A stretch of DNA of 59,306 nucleotides, the filler included. It is 6 parts of 6 records of this genome, joined end to end, with 100 filler letters (N's around TTAATTAATTAA, not from the genome) between each part and the next. Parts side by side here need not be neighbours in the genome. Positions count along the whole stretch, not along the records: positions 24,031 to 37,519 come from DRR723986_17874; positions 37,620 to 44,913 come from DRR723986_17884; 4 more parts are not named here. The stretch is one strand, 5' to 3'. Shown in pieces: positions 30,044-39,801 of the stretch. The translations under genes and the position numbers were made by a program. Numbering within the stretch: position 1 is the stretch's first letter; the number at the start of each line of letters is the position of its first letter. Under the pieces are notes generated by a model. It was not told the origin of the DNA. It searched no databases and saw only the letters and a list, made by a program, of their open reading frames with translations.

Positions 30044-31336
30044 TCAGGGTCGCGTGCCGCTGCACCAGTCGGTGACGACCTGCGTCGTGACCTCGACCAT
30101 GCGCAGGAAGTCGTCGACATCGACCCATTCGTCGCGTTTTTCGTTCTGGCTGAGGTCGCCGCAGAGGCAGCCGAAGGCGACGCAGGGGATGCCCGCCTCG
30201 ACCGGCGGATTGCGGATGTCCGACGAGGTGTGCATGACGTTGACGTAGGGCACCTTGCCGGTGACGTCCTCGACGGCCCGCGCCGTCACGCGGTAGAGCG
30301 GATGGTCCTCGGGCACATGGGCGCCGGTCACGCCGGTCAGCCAGTCCACGCGCGGCGGGTTGGCGGTCAGCCAGTCGTCGCCTTCGCAGGCCTTGGCCAC
30401 GGCGCCCTCGACCTCGGCGCGGATCTGCTCCAGCGTCTCGCCCGGCGGGAAGGACAGCGCGCCGCCCATGACGCATTGATCGGTGATGCGCGAAAGCTTG
30501 CGCATCTCGCCGCATTGGATGCTCGAGATGTGCAGGTTGGTGGCCCGACCCACGCGCGCCTCGATCTGCGGCTGGCGGATGCGCTGCGCGCGGTCCTCGG
30601 CCAGCGCCATGAGCGCGGCGTAGACCTTGAAAGCCTTGTCGACCGGGTTCGCGCCTAGGTGAGAGAACGCGGTCTGGCCGGGCTCGGTGGTGTCGGGCGC
30701 CTGTCCCTTGACGGTGATCCTGAACTCTACCTGACCGGAGGCGAGCGCCTTGATCTCCTGCATGCCCACGCCGCTTTCGGCCGGGTGCAGGTAAAGCGCC
30801 GCATCGGCGCGCAGCCCGTCGTGTAGCAGTGCCGCGACGCCGCGGGCGTAGCGCTTGGAGGGGGTCGAGGCAAAGACCGCGCGGCCCATCGGCGCGCCGC
30901 TCGCGGCGGCGGCCTCGATGGCCAGAACGGCGGCGGCGCAGCCCGCAAGGTCGTCGGCGATGCCCCAGCCGTACATCCGCCCGTCTTCGATTTCCCCGGT
31001 GAAGGCCTCGTGCTGCCACTGGTCGGCGTCGGTGACCGGCTCGCCGTCCGGGTGGGCAAAGATCAGCAGGCTGGGCAGATCCGCCCGCCCTCCGAGCGTG
31101 CCGACCACGGCGCGCCGCCGCCCGGCATTGCGCGAGGCGTCGGCGGCGAATTCGCCCTTCACCGGCACCTCTGCGGGGTCGTAATCGTGGTCGGTCACGA
31201 CGCAGCCGGCCTGCTTCAGCCGCGCCGCGATGGCGGCCTGAACGGCGGCTTCCCCTTTGGGTTGGGCGGCGATCAGCTCTTTCAGAAAGGCGATGGCGCT
31301 GTCGGTCCGGGCCTCGGGTGGCGTGGCTTTGATCAT
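30044..31336 (-). CDS. M20/ArgE-like metallohydrolase with non-canonical active-site motifs
   Basis: FAHPDG, EDGRMYGWGIADD, FRITVKG dimerisation domain; ATG 31336 with GGAG RBS. Confidence 0.85.
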   Translation of the reverse strand: MIKATPPEARTDSAIAFLKELIAAQPKGEAAVQAAIAARLKQAGCVVTDHDYDPAEVPVKGEFAADASRNAGRRRAVVGTLGGRADLPSLLIFAHPDGEPVTDADQWQHEAFTGEIEDGRMYGWGIADDLAGCAAAVLAIEAAAASGAPMGRAVFASTPSKRYARGVAALLHDGLRADAALYLHPAESGVGMQEIKALASGQVEFRITVKGQAPDTTEPGQTAFSHLGANPVDKAFKVYAALMALAEDRAQRIRQPQIEARVGRATNLHISSIQCGEMRKLSRITDQCVMGGALSFPPGETLEQIRAEVEGAVAKACEGDDWLTANPPRVDWLTGVTGAHVPEDHPLYRVTARAVEDVTGKVPYVNVMHTSSDIRNPPVEAGIPCVAFGCLCGDLSQNEKRDEWVDVDDFLRMVEVTTQVVTDWCSGTRP

Positions 31337-31361
31337 TTCAATCTCCCTCCGTCGTGTCCCG

Positions 31362-31440
31362 ACGGTATACAATTCACATTCATCGGTACACCGACAGAAC
31401 GCAATAGATTTTTCACGGGATACATGGAATACACGGGAAA
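31362..31440. promoter_or_regulatory. Candidate GntR/FadR operator region in the divergent promoter
   Basis: GTATAC palindrome, TCGGT-AC-ACCGA inverted repeat (31383-31394), and direct repeats in CACGGGATACATGGAATACACGGGA. Confidence 0.35.
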
Positions 31441-31535
31441 GGCCGCCCGGCCCCGAGGTCATCGCCGCTTTTTTCAGCGGTTTGCCAGATGGTTGCAAAA
31501 CCCCGGGGACAAAGGGACAAACGCGAAGGCATGGC

Positions 31536-32216
31536 ATGACGAAACAGACCCCGCCCCCGGCAACCGATGCCGAATCGATCACTCCCGCACGACGCGGAAC
31601 GCTGTCCGGACAGGCCTATGAGGCGATCTCGACGATGATCGAACAGCGCAAGCTGGCCTCTGGCAGCGTGATCGTGGAGCAACAGATCGCCGACCTGCTA
31701 GGCATCTCCCGCACACCCTTGCGGCAGGCCCTGCAACGGCTGGAAGCAGAGGGCGTGCTGGTCAAAAGCGCCAACCGCTCCTTTCAGGTGCGCAAGGTCG
31801 AGCTGCGCGAATACCTGCAAAGCCTGAAAGTCCGCGAATTGCTGGAAGCCGAGGCTGCGGCGCTTTGCGTCGACCGGGTCGACCCCGAGGCGATCCGCCG
31901 GGCGCGCGAAAACCAGCATGCGGTCGAGCGGCGAAAGCCCTACGACATGCTCGCCCACTGGCGGTCCGATGACGAGCTGCACGGGCTTTTCATCGAGAAC
32001 TGCGGCAACCGGGTCATGGCCGACATGATCCACGCCCTGCGCGCGGGCACCAAGATGTTCGAGATCGACCGCTTGGCCGAGCGGCTGGAGCCGGATGTGC
32101 GCCAGCACGAGGCGATCCTCGACGCGCTCGAGGCGCGCGATGCCAAGGCCGCCCGCAGGGCGACCGCCAACCACATCCGCTCGCTCTTTCAGTTCGCCAT
32201 CGAAACCGTGTCGTGA
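31536..32216 (+). CDS. GntR-family (FadR/FCD) transcriptional regulator
   Basis: LGISRTPLRQALQRLEAEG wHTH; FCD domain (D.ELH, CGN, QHEAILDAL). Confidence 0.93.
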   Translation: MTKQTPPPATDAESITPARRGTLSGQAYEAISTMIEQRKLASGSVIVEQQIADLLGISRTPLRQALQRLEAEGVLVKSANRSFQVRKVELREYLQSLKVRELLEAEAAALCVDRVDPEAIRRARENQHAVERRKPYDMLAHWRSDDELHGLFIENCGNRVMADMIHALRAGTKMFEIDRLAERLEPDVRQHEAILDALEARDAKAARRATANHIRSLFQFAIETVS

Positions 32217-32252
32217 CGGCGGGCGCCATCGGCGCCCACCCCCTCCCCGGCG

Positions 32253-33485
32253 TCAGAAGAACGCCTGAAGCCCGGTCTGCGCGCGCCCGAGGATCAGCGC
32301 GTGGACGTCATGCGTGCCCTCGTAGGTGTTCACCGTCTCGAGGTTCAGCATGTGGCGGATCACCTGAAATTCCGCCGAGATGCCGTTGCCGCCGTGCATG
32401 TCCCGCGCCATCCGCGCGATATCCAGCGCCTTGCCGCAGTTGTTGCGCTTGATGATGGAGATCATCTCGGGCGCGGCCTGCGCCTCGTCCATCAGCCGTC
32501 CCACCCGCAGCGCCGCCTGAAGGCCCAGCGAGATCTCGGTCTGCATCTCGGCCAGCTTGCGCTGGAACAGCTGGGTCTGCGCGATCGGCTTGCCGAACTG
32601 CTTGCGATCGAGGCCATAGCCGCGCGCCGCGTGCCAGCAGAACTCCGCCGCGCCCATGACGCCCCATGCGATGCCGTAGCGCGCCCGGTTGAGGCAGCCG
32701 AAGGGCCCTTTCAGGCCGGAGACATGCGGCAAGAGCGCGTCCTCGCCCACCTCGACGCCATCCAGCACGATTTCCCCGGTGACGGAGGCGCGCAGGGACA
32801 GCTTGTTGCCGATCTTGGGCGCGGACAGGCCCTTGGTGCCCTTCTCCAGAACGAAACCGCGGATTTTGCCGTCATGGGCATCGGACTTGGCCCAGACCAC
32901 GAAGACATCGGCGATGGGCGAATTCGAGATCCACATCTTCGAGCCCGTCAGCCGGTAGCCGCCGTCGATCTTGGTGGCGCGGGTCTTCATGCCGCCCGGG
33001 TCGGAGCCCGCGTCCGGCTCCGTCAGGCCGAAGCAGCCGATCCACTCGCCCGAGGCCAGCTTCGGCAGGTATTTCCGCCGCTGGTCTTCGCTGCCGTAGG
33101 CGTAGATCGGGTACATCACCAGCGAGGATTGCACCGACATCATCGAGCGATAGCCCGAATCCACCCGCTCCACCTCGCGCGCGACCAGGCCGTAGGAGAC
33201 GTAGCCCGCGCCGATGCCGCCGTATTCCTCGGGGACCGTGACGCCCAGAAGGCCCATCTGCCCCATCTCGGCGAAGATCTCCGGCTCGACGGTCTCGTTC
33301 TCGAAGGCCTCGGTGACGCGCGGCGCCAGCTTTTCCTGCGCGAAGGCGCGCGCGCCCTCGGCCAGCATGCGTTCCTCTTCCGATAGCTGGTCGTTCAGGC
33401 GGAACGGGTCGTCCCATGTGAAGGCGCCGAGGTCCGGTGCATCCTTGGGCTTCAGGGCGGGTTTCGCGGCGCTCATCTCGTTCAT
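32253..33485 (-). CDS. gcdH: Glutaryl-CoA dehydrogenase (acyl-CoA dehydrogenase)
   Basis: [47 protein letters not shown] 33485 with GGAGGAG RBS. Confidence 0.9.
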   Translation of the reverse strand: MNEMSAAKPALKPKDAPDLGAFTWDDPFRLNDQLSEEERMLAEGARAFAQEKLAPRVTEAFENETVEPEIFAEMGQMGLLGVTVPEEYGGIGAGYVSYGLVAREVERVDSGYRSMMSVQSSLVMYPIYAYGSEDQRRKYLPKLASGEWIGCFGLTEPDAGSDPGGMKTRATKIDGGYRLTGSKMWISNSPIADVFVVWAKSDAHDGKIRGFVLEKGTKGLSAPKIGNKLSLRASVTGEIVLDGVEVGEDALLPHVSGLKGPFGCLNRARYGIAWGVMGAAEFCWHAARGYGLDRKQFGKPIAQTQLFQRKLAEMQTEISLGLQAALRVGRLMDEAQAAPEMISIIKRNNCGKALDIARMARDMHGGNGISAEFQVIRHMLNLETVNTYEGTHDVHALILGRAQTGLQAFF

Positions 33486-33621
33486 GACGACTCCTCCGGG
33501 CATGTGGTTGCGCGTCAGCATAGCGCCGCTGCGCGCGGGCGAAAGGGGCCAACGCCCGGTGACGCCGCGCCTCGGCGCCGCGGCCTCTTGCGCGAATGCC
33601 TCGGGCGCGGCATGAGGGGAC

Positions 33622-34515
33622 ATGACCCGCTCGCCCGACATCCTCTGCATCGGCTCCGTCCTCTGGGACGTGATCGGCCGCTCTCCCAGCGCCATGGCCT
33701 TCGGGGCCGACGTGCCCGGACGCATCACGCGCATCCCGGGCGGCGTCGCGCTGAACATCGCCATGGGGCTCGCGCGCTTCGATCTGCGCGTGGCGCTGCT
33801 CTCGGCCCTTGGCACCGACCCCGAGGGCGAGGAACTGGCCGCAGAGTGTCGCCGCATGGGTCTGGATACGGATTTTCTCTATCGGTCCGAGGACTTGCCG
33901 ACCGATCGTTACATGGCGGTCGAAGGCGCCAACGGGCTGATTGCCGCCATCGCCGACGCCCATTCGCTGGAGGCCGCGGGCGACAAGATCCTGCGGCCCC
34001 TGACGGATGGCCGGCTTGGGTCCGCGCAGTCGCCCTACCCCGGCGCCGTGGCGCTGGATGGCAACCTGACGGCGACGCTGCTGCAGACCGTCGCCGAGGG
34101 CGCGGCCTTTGCCGGCGCCGACCTGCGCATCGCGCCTGCCAGTCCCGGCAAGGCGGAACGCCTGTTGCCCTTCGTAGCCTCGGGGCGCGGCACGCTCTAC
34201 GTCAACCTCGAAGAGGCCGGGCTGCTTTGCCACACCCGGTTCGAGACCGCGCCCGAGGCGGCGCAGGCCCTCGTGGCACGCGGTGCCCGCCGGGCGCTGG
34301 TCACGAACGGCGGCAAGCCCTGCGCGGATGCCAACGCCGAGGGCACCGTCTCGGCCTGCCCGCCCGAGGTGCTGGTGACGCGGGTCACCGGCGCGGGCGA
34401 TACCTTCATGGCGGCGCATATCGCCGCCGAATTGGGCGGTGCCGCCCGCGAGGCCGCTCTCGAAGCGGCCCTGCGCGCCGCCGCCATCCACGTCTCCGGA
34501 GAACACCCGGCATGA
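33622..34515 (+). CDS. PfkB-family kinase, probable pseudouridine kinase
   Basis: [21 protein letters not shown] overlap with psuG. Confidence 0.85.
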   Translation: MTRSPDILCIGSVLWDVIGRSPSAMAFGADVPGRITRIPGGVALNIAMGLARFDLRVALLSALGTDPEGEELAAECRRMGLDTDFLYRSEDLPTDRYMAVEGANGLIAAIADAHSLEAAGDKILRPLTDGRLGSAQSPYPGAVALDGNLTATLLQTVAEGAAFAGADLRIAPASPGKAERLLPFVASGRGTLYVNLEEAGLLCHTRFETAPEAAQALVARGARRALVTNGGKPCADANAEGTVSACPPEVLVTRVTGAGDTFMAAHIAAELGGAAREAALEAALRAAAIHVSGEHPA

Positions 34516-35429
34516 GCCTGAACCTGAAGATCACCCCCGAAGTCTCTGACGCGCTGTCGGAAAACCGCCCTGTGGTGGCGCTGGAATCGACCATCATCAC
34601 GCATGGGATGCCCTGGCCGCAGAACCTCGAGATGGCGCAGCGCGTCGAGGCGACGGTGCGCGAGGCGGGCGCCGTGCCCGCCACCATCGCGGTGATCGAC
34701 GGCGCGCTCCATTTGGGGCTGGAGGCCGAACGGCTCGAGACGCTGGCGCAGGCGAAGAACGTCGCCAAGCTGTCGCGGGCGGACATGGCCGCCTGCATGG
34801 CGCGGGGCGGCACCGGGGCGACGACGGTGGCCGCCACGATGATCGGCGCGCGGCTGGCGGGGATCGCGGTCTTCGCCACCGGCGGCATCGGCGGCGTCCA
34901 CCGGGGGGCGGAGTCCAGCTTCGACATCTCCGCCGACCTGCAGGAACTGGCGCAGACCCCCGTCACGGTGGTGGCCGCCGGCGCCAAGGCCATCCTCGAC
35001 CTCGCCAAGACGCTCGAAGTGCTGGAAACGCTGGGCGTGCCGGTCATCGCCTACGGGCAGGACCGCCTGCCGGCCTTCTGGTCGCGCGATGCGGGTCTGA
35101 ACGCGCCGCTGCGCATGGACAGCGCCGCAGAGATCGCCGCCGCCCATGCGATGCGCGCGGCCATGGGCATCCCCGGCGGCCAGCTGGTCGCCAACCCGAT
35201 CCCCGCCGAGGCCGAGATCCCGCGCGATGCGATGCTGCCCGTCATCACCCGCGCGACAGAGGATGCCGCCCGCCACGGAATCACCGGCAAGGCGGTCACG
35301 CCCTATCTGCTGCAGCGCATCTACGAGCTGACCGAAGGCCGCTCCCTGACCGCCAACATCGCCCTGGTCCTGAACAATGCGCGCCTTGCCGCTGAAATTG
35401 CACAGAAACTGAGCGCCGGGCCGGTCTGA
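34512..35429 (+). CDS. psuG: Pseudouridine-5'-phosphate glycosidase
   Basis: VALESTIITHGMP, FATGGIGGVHRG, DISADL, GKAVTPYLL. Confidence 0.96.
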   Translation: MSLNLKITPEVSDALSENRPVVALESTIITHGMPWPQNLEMAQRVEATVREAGAVPATIAVIDGALHLGLEAERLETLAQAKNVAKLSRADMAACMARGGTGATTVAATMIGARLAGIAVFATGGIGGVHRGAESSFDISADLQELAQTPVTVVAAGAKAILDLAKTLEVLETLGVPVIAYGQDRLPAFWSRDAGLNAPLRMDSAAEIAAAHAMRAAMGIPGGQLVANPIPAEAEIPRDAMLPVITRATEDAARHGITGKAVTPYLLQRIYELTEGRSLTANIALVLNNARLAAEIAQKLSAGPV

Positions 35430-35507
35430 TCGCCACTTCCGTGAACAGACGTATTGTAGACCGCCCGGGCAGTGCCTAGTTTCGACAGGGCTGCCCGTGG
35501 AAAGATC

Positions 35508-36254
35508 ATGACGACCCCCAATCCCTCTCCGTTCGAACCGGAACCAAGGAAACGCTCGGGCCTCTTCGCCCGGCTGCGCACCTCGTTCCTGACCGGCATC
35601 GTCGTGATCGCCCCGGTGGGCCTGACGGTCTGGCTGATCTGGACCGTCATCGGCTGGGTCGACGGCTTCGTCTGGCCCTTCGTGCCCGACAGCTACCACC
35701 CGACGGAATTGCTGAACCGCTTTCTGGGCCGGGTCGGAGAAGACCGGATAGAGGTCAACGTGCGCGGCCTCGGCGTCGTGGTCTTCCTGCTGTTCACCAT
35801 CATGGTCGGCTGGATCGCCAAGGGTCTGATCGGGCGGTCGCTCATCAGCTTCGGCGAAAGCCTCGTGGACCGCACGCCGGTGGTGCGCTCGATCTACTCG
35901 GGCATCAAGCAGTTGGCAGAGACGGTCTTTGCCCAGTCGGAGCGCAGCTTCGAAAAGGCCTGCCTGATCGAATACCCGCGCAAGGGCATCTGGGCGGTGG
36001 CCTTCATCTCGACCGACACGCGCGGCGAGGTGGCCGAGAAGGCTCAGACCATGGGCGGGCTGGTCTCGGTCTTCGTTCCGACCACGCCGAACCCGACCTC
36101 GGGCTTTCTGCTGTTCTTCCCCAAGGAAGACGTGATCGAACTGGACATGTCGCTCGAGGACGCCGCAAAGCTGGTGATCTCGGCGGGGCTGGTCTATCCC
36201 AACGGCACCGACGCCAAGACCGCGGCAGAGGCACGGTTCAAGAAAGCGTCGTGA
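35508..36254 (+). CDS. DUF502 domain membrane protein
   Basis: FLTGIVVIAP, IEYPRKG, VFVPTTPNPTSGFL. Confidence 0.92.
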   Translation: MTTPNPSPFEPEPRKRSGLFARLRTSFLTGIVVIAPVGLTVWLIWTVIGWVDGFVWPFVPDSYHPTELLNRFLGRVGEDRIEVNVRGLGVVVFLLFTIMVGWIAKGLIGRSLISFGESLVDRTPVVRSIYSGIKQLAETVFAQSERSFEKACLIEYPRKGIWAVAFISTDTRGEVAEKAQTMGGLVSVFVPTTPNPTSGFLLFFPKEDVIELDMSLEDAAKLVISAGLVYPNGTDAKTAAEARFKKAS

Positions 36255-36342
36255 CCGGCGCCCTGCCCGCCCGCTGTGTGGAAAATGCATCGGGCAAGCA
36301 AGATTTTCCTTTATATCCGCCCGGGACGGGCTATCCTGAAAG

Positions 36343-36432
36343 GTGACGGCGCCAGTCCCTCGGCGCCTGTGTTCAAGGCCAGACGCAGGCCGCGCGCCGC
36401 ATCGTATCCCCGGTGCGGCGCGTCCCTGTTTC
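36343..36432 (+). ncRNA. Candidate two-hairpin small RNA
   Basis: Upstream sigma70-like -10 TATCCT; hairpins GGCGCC-AGTCCCTC-GGCGCC and CGCGCCGCATCG-TATCCC-CGGTGCGGCGCG. Confidence 0.4.
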
Positions 36433-36436
36433 GGGG

Positions 36437-37477
36437 TCAGGCGAACATCTCGCGCAGGTCGACGGTCTGCCGCTTTCCCAGATCCGCCCGGTGCCGGTGC
36501 AGGAACTCGCCCGCGGCCCGCCGTCCGGCGTCTTTCAACTGCGCGATCACCGAGGGCACCGCCATCATCTTGGTCGCCACCGACAGGGCATTCATCAGCC
36601 CGTCATCGGCGATCATATGGACCAGAACGTTCTTCATCGCGCCTTCGACGATCGACCCCTCGGCGATCAGCCGCTGCACGAAATGGATGGCCCGCAGGTC
36701 GCGCAGCAACGACGCGTTGAAGCTGATCTCGTTGATGCGGTTCTGGATCTCGGGCGGCGTGACGGGCAGCGCCTCGCGGTAGAGCGGATTGATGTTCACG
36801 ATCACGATGTCGTCCGGCAGATGCATCCCGTAAAGCGGGAACAGAGCCGGATTGCCCGAATACCCGCCGTCCCAGAAGGCTTCGACGGAGCCCGTCACCG
36901 GGTCTTCCATCTCGATGGCTTGAAACAGCGTCGGCAGACAGGCCGAGGCCATGACGGCCTGTGCGGAAATCATCTCGCCGGTGAAGACCCGGACCTTTCC
37001 GGTCCGCACGTTGGTAGCACACAGGTGCAACTCGGGCCCCACACCGGAACAGACATGGCCGAAATCCAAGGCCTCGACGATCGGCCCCAGCGGATTGCGG
37101 TAAAGCGGACCCAGCCCGTAGGGCGACAGCATCCGCGTCACCGTGTCGGCCCAGAGGTATCCGGGCGACGCCTCGATCGCCCGGCTGACCAGTCCGGGGT
37201 GCGGCAGCCAGGGCATCATCCACGCCGGGATCGCGTCATCGGTCAGCCGCGTCACCTGCTCCCAGACCCAAGCCAGCCGCGCCTTCGCCCCGGCCCGCCC
37301 ATCCTCGTACCAGCCGGCCTTGACCGCGGCACCGTTCAGGGCACCGGCGGAGGTGCCGCAGATCGCCGCGATCTCCAGATCCTCGTCTTCGAGCAACCGG
37401 TCCAGCACGCCCCAGGTATAGGCGCCATGCGCGCCGCCGCCCTGCAGGGCAAGGTTGATCCTCACGGCCTCGGCCAT
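36437..37477 (-). CDS. Patatin-like phospholipase family protein
   Basis: GGGAHG, GTSAG, WDGG motifs. Confidence 0.92.
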   Translation of the reverse strand: MAEAVRINLALQGGGAHGAYTWGVLDRLLEDEDLEIAAICGTSAGALNGAAVKAGWYEDGRAGAKARLAWVWEQVTRLTDDAIPAWMMPWLPHPGLVSRAIEASPGYLWADTVTRMLSPYGLGPLYRNPLGPIVEALDFGHVCSGVGPELHLCATNVRTGKVRVFTGEMISAQAVMASACLPTLFQAIEMEDPVTGSVEAFWDGGYSGNPALFPLYGMHLPDDIVIVNINPLYREALPVTPPEIQNRINEISFNASLLRDLRAIHFVQRLIAEGSIVEGAMKNVLVHMIADDGLMNALSVATKMMAVPSVIAQLKDAGRRAAGEFLHRHRADLGKRQTVDLREMFA

Positions 37478-37519
37478 GTGCGTCTCCGTGTTTCTTCTGT
37501 CCGAAAATATCCCGGGGGG

Positions 37520-37619
37520 NNNNNNNNNNNNNNNNNNNNNNNNNNNNNNNNNNNNNNNNNNNNTTAATTAATTAANNNNNNNNNNNNNNNNNNNNNNNNN
37601 NNNNNNNNNNNNNNNNNNN
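37520..37619. other. Artificial contig linker
   Basis: 44 N + TTAATTAATTAA + 44 N. Confidence 0.99.
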
Positions 37620-37743
37620 CCGGCCAAACGAAGTGCGAGCCGGGATCGGGGACCCACGAGACTGGATAGTCACACGTTATCTATCGAATGCCTCGGAACC
37701 CGGTCCGGAATGTTCGCGTCCAGAAGGACGGGTGACCGATCAC

Positions 37744-37770
37744 AAAAAAGGGCCGCTCACGCGGCCCTTT
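37744..37770 (-). terminator. Rho-independent terminator of the purine permease operon
   Basis: GGGCCGC-tcac-GCGGCCC stem with an A6 run on the + strand (U6 on the - strand). Confidence 0.8.
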
Positions 37771-37794
37771 CTCATGCTCGTGTAACGCTTGCCC

Positions 37795-39231
37795 CTACGC
37801 GCCTTCTTCCTTCGGCAGGGAGCCGCGTCCGTGGCCGGAGAGACCACCGGAAACCTCTTCGGTGGATTCGTCGGAGAGTTCTTCCGGCAGCACCAGGTTG
37901 AGGACGATGGCGATCAGGGCTGCCGGCAGCAGGCCGCTGGTCAGAAGGATACGTGCGGTGTCCGGCATGTGCTGCAGGGCGCCCGGTTCCAGTTGCAGAC
38001 CGAGACCGATGGAAAGCGAAATGGCGAAGATCACCATGTTGCGCCGGTTCCAGTTCACATCCGACAGCATCGAGATACCGGCGGCTACAACCATGCCGAA
38101 CATCACGATGACACCCCCGCCGAGAACCTCGATCGGAACGGTGCGGATGACCGCGCCGACCTTCGGGATCAGGCCGCAGACGATCAGGAAAATCGCGCCG
38201 ATGGTCACCACATGGCGGCTCATGACGCCGGTCATGGCGATGAGGCCGACGTTCTGGCTGAAGGAGGTGTTCGGGAAACCGCCGAAGAAACCGGCGACAG
38301 CCGTGCCGAGACCGTCTGCAAATGTCGCACCGGCGATTTCCTTGTCGGTCGCTTCCCGGCCGGCGCCGCCCTTGGTGATGCCGGATACATCGCCCACGGT
38401 TTCCACCGCGGAAACGAAGGCCATCAGGCAGAAGCCGAGCACGGCCGCGAACGAGAATTCGAAGCCGTATTTGAACGGCTGCGGCAGGGCAAAGACGGCC
38501 GCACGGTCCCAGGACGTGGAGACGGCTTCAAAGGTCAGCATGCCGGTGGCAAGGGCGAAGATGTAACCGGCGATCAGTCCGAGCAGAACCGCGGAGACCG
38601 ACATCATGCCCCTGCCGAAGAACTTCAGCCCGAGTGTCACCACGATCACCACCAGAGCGGCCGCCCAGTTGAGCAGCGAGCCGTATTCCGGCGTGCCGAT
38701 GGCGGGGACGCCGCCGGCGGCATACTGGATGCCCACCTGAACCAGCGCGAGACCGATCATCGTCACCACAAGTCCTGTCACCAGGGGAGGCAGGGCGAAG
38801 CGGATCTTGCCGATTACGAGGCCAAGACACGCATGGAAGAAACCGCCGATGATCACGCCCCCGAACAGAGCCGCGAGACCGTCGACCCCCTTGCCGGCAA
38901 CAAGCGGGATCATGATCGGCAGGAAGGCAAAGGATGTGCCCTGAACGATCGGCAATGCCGCACCGACCGGGCCGAGGGTGATCGTCTGCAACAGGGTCGC
39001 GACCCCGGCAAAGACCATCGACATCTGGATGAGATAAAGCAGTTCCGGAAAGTCGGGAGAATTGGACCCGAAGCCGAACCCGGCTGCACCGGCCACGATG
39101 ATTGCAGGTGTGACGTTGGAGACGAACATGGCCAGGACATGCTGGATGCCGAGCGGGATCGCCTTGTAAAGCGGTGGCGTGTAATTGGGATCCCGGAGCT
39201 GCTCCGGAGATCCGATCGATGAATTAGACAT
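37795..39231 (-). CDS. NCS2/NAT family uracil-xanthine-urate permease
   Basis: QHVLAMF, GTSFAF, ETVGD, NAT signature SQNVGLIAMTG. Confidence 0.95.
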   Translation of the reverse strand: MSNSSIGSPEQLRDPNYTPPLYKAIPLGIQHVLAMFVSNVTPAIIVAGAAGFGFGSNSPDFPELLYLIQMSMVFAGVATLLQTITLGPVGAALPIVQGTSFAFLPIMIPLVAGKGVDGLAALFGGVIIGGFFHACLGLVIGKIRFALPPLVTGLVVTMIGLALVQVGIQYAAGGVPAIGTPEYGSLLNWAAALVVIVVTLGLKFFGRGMMSVSAVLLGLIAGYIFALATGMLTFEAVSTSWDRAAVFALPQPFKYGFEFSFAAVLGFCLMAFVSAVETVGDVSGITKGGAGREATDKEIAGATFADGLGTAVAGFFGGFPNTSFSQNVGLIAMTGVMSRHVVTIGAIFLIVCGLIPKVGAVIRTVPIEVLGGGVIVMFGMVVAAGISMLSDVNWNRRNMVIFAISLSIGLGLQLEPGALQHMPDTARILLTSGLLPAALIAIVLNLVLPEELSDESTEEVSGGLSGHGRGSLPKEEGA

Positions 39232-39303
39232 TTCTGCTCCTCTGAAGGTCGTGTGAACGTCTCCGCCTCGTTGAGCGGGCAGGGATCGTTCTGAAAGGGA
39301 GGC

Positions 39304-39801
39304 TTATTCCTTGTTGTCGGCCTCCACTGTCCAAGGGTCGGGAAACCAGTGTTCCTCCAGGTTGGTTCCTTCCCCGATGCGGTCCACGACCGCGTAGCGG
39401 CCCGCTTGCCAGAGCGGGGCCAAAACACCGTGCCAGGTGCCGCGATACAGGTTGATCGCCTGTCCGGGCTGGCTGATGAATGCCTTCAGGTTGACCGGCT
39501 GGCCATTCTCGTCGTCAGCGACGACAACCAGCATCGGCACACCGTCCAGCGGTATGAAGGCCTGACTGCCTTCCGGGTGTCGCTCGACCATGTCGACGAC
39601 ATAGGGAAACGACCGGGCCTTGGCATCGAACAGGCTGATGCCTGCCCGGCCTTCGCCGAAGTCGAGCTTCGCCCGGTCATGATGACGGCCGCACATGCCC
39701 TGATTTATGATTTTGTCGGGTGCGCCCGCCACCTCGAGAACATCGCCATAGGGGGCAAAGGCCTCTGCGGTCAGGATCGATGGGGCAATGAGACGGCTCA
39801 C
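39304..39801 (-). CDS. allA: Ureidoglycolate lyase
   Basis: LTAEAFAPYGD, ERHPEGSQAF, GTWHGVL, AVVDR, NLEE. Confidence 0.92.
   Translation of the reverse strand: MSRLIAPSILTAEAFAPYGDVLEVAGAPDKIINQGMCGRHHDRAKLDFGEGRAGISLFDAKARSFPYVVDMVERHPEGSQAFIPLDGVPMLVVVADDENGQPVNLKAFISQPGQAINLYRGTWHGVLAPLWQAGRYAVVDRIGEGTNLEEHWFPDPWTVEADNKE

Noticed and set aside
33504..35429. 641-aa ORF suggesting an extended or fused PsuG
   Set aside because: The upstream part is an off-frame reading over the PfkB gene; psuG starts at ATG 34512 in an ATGA overlap
34197..36290. 697-aa minus-strand ORF, and similar long ORFs at 32872-34506, 26468-27826, 37789-39222 and 42162-43919
   Set aside because: Each overlaps well-supported genes on the other strand or frame; typical high-GC shadow ORFs
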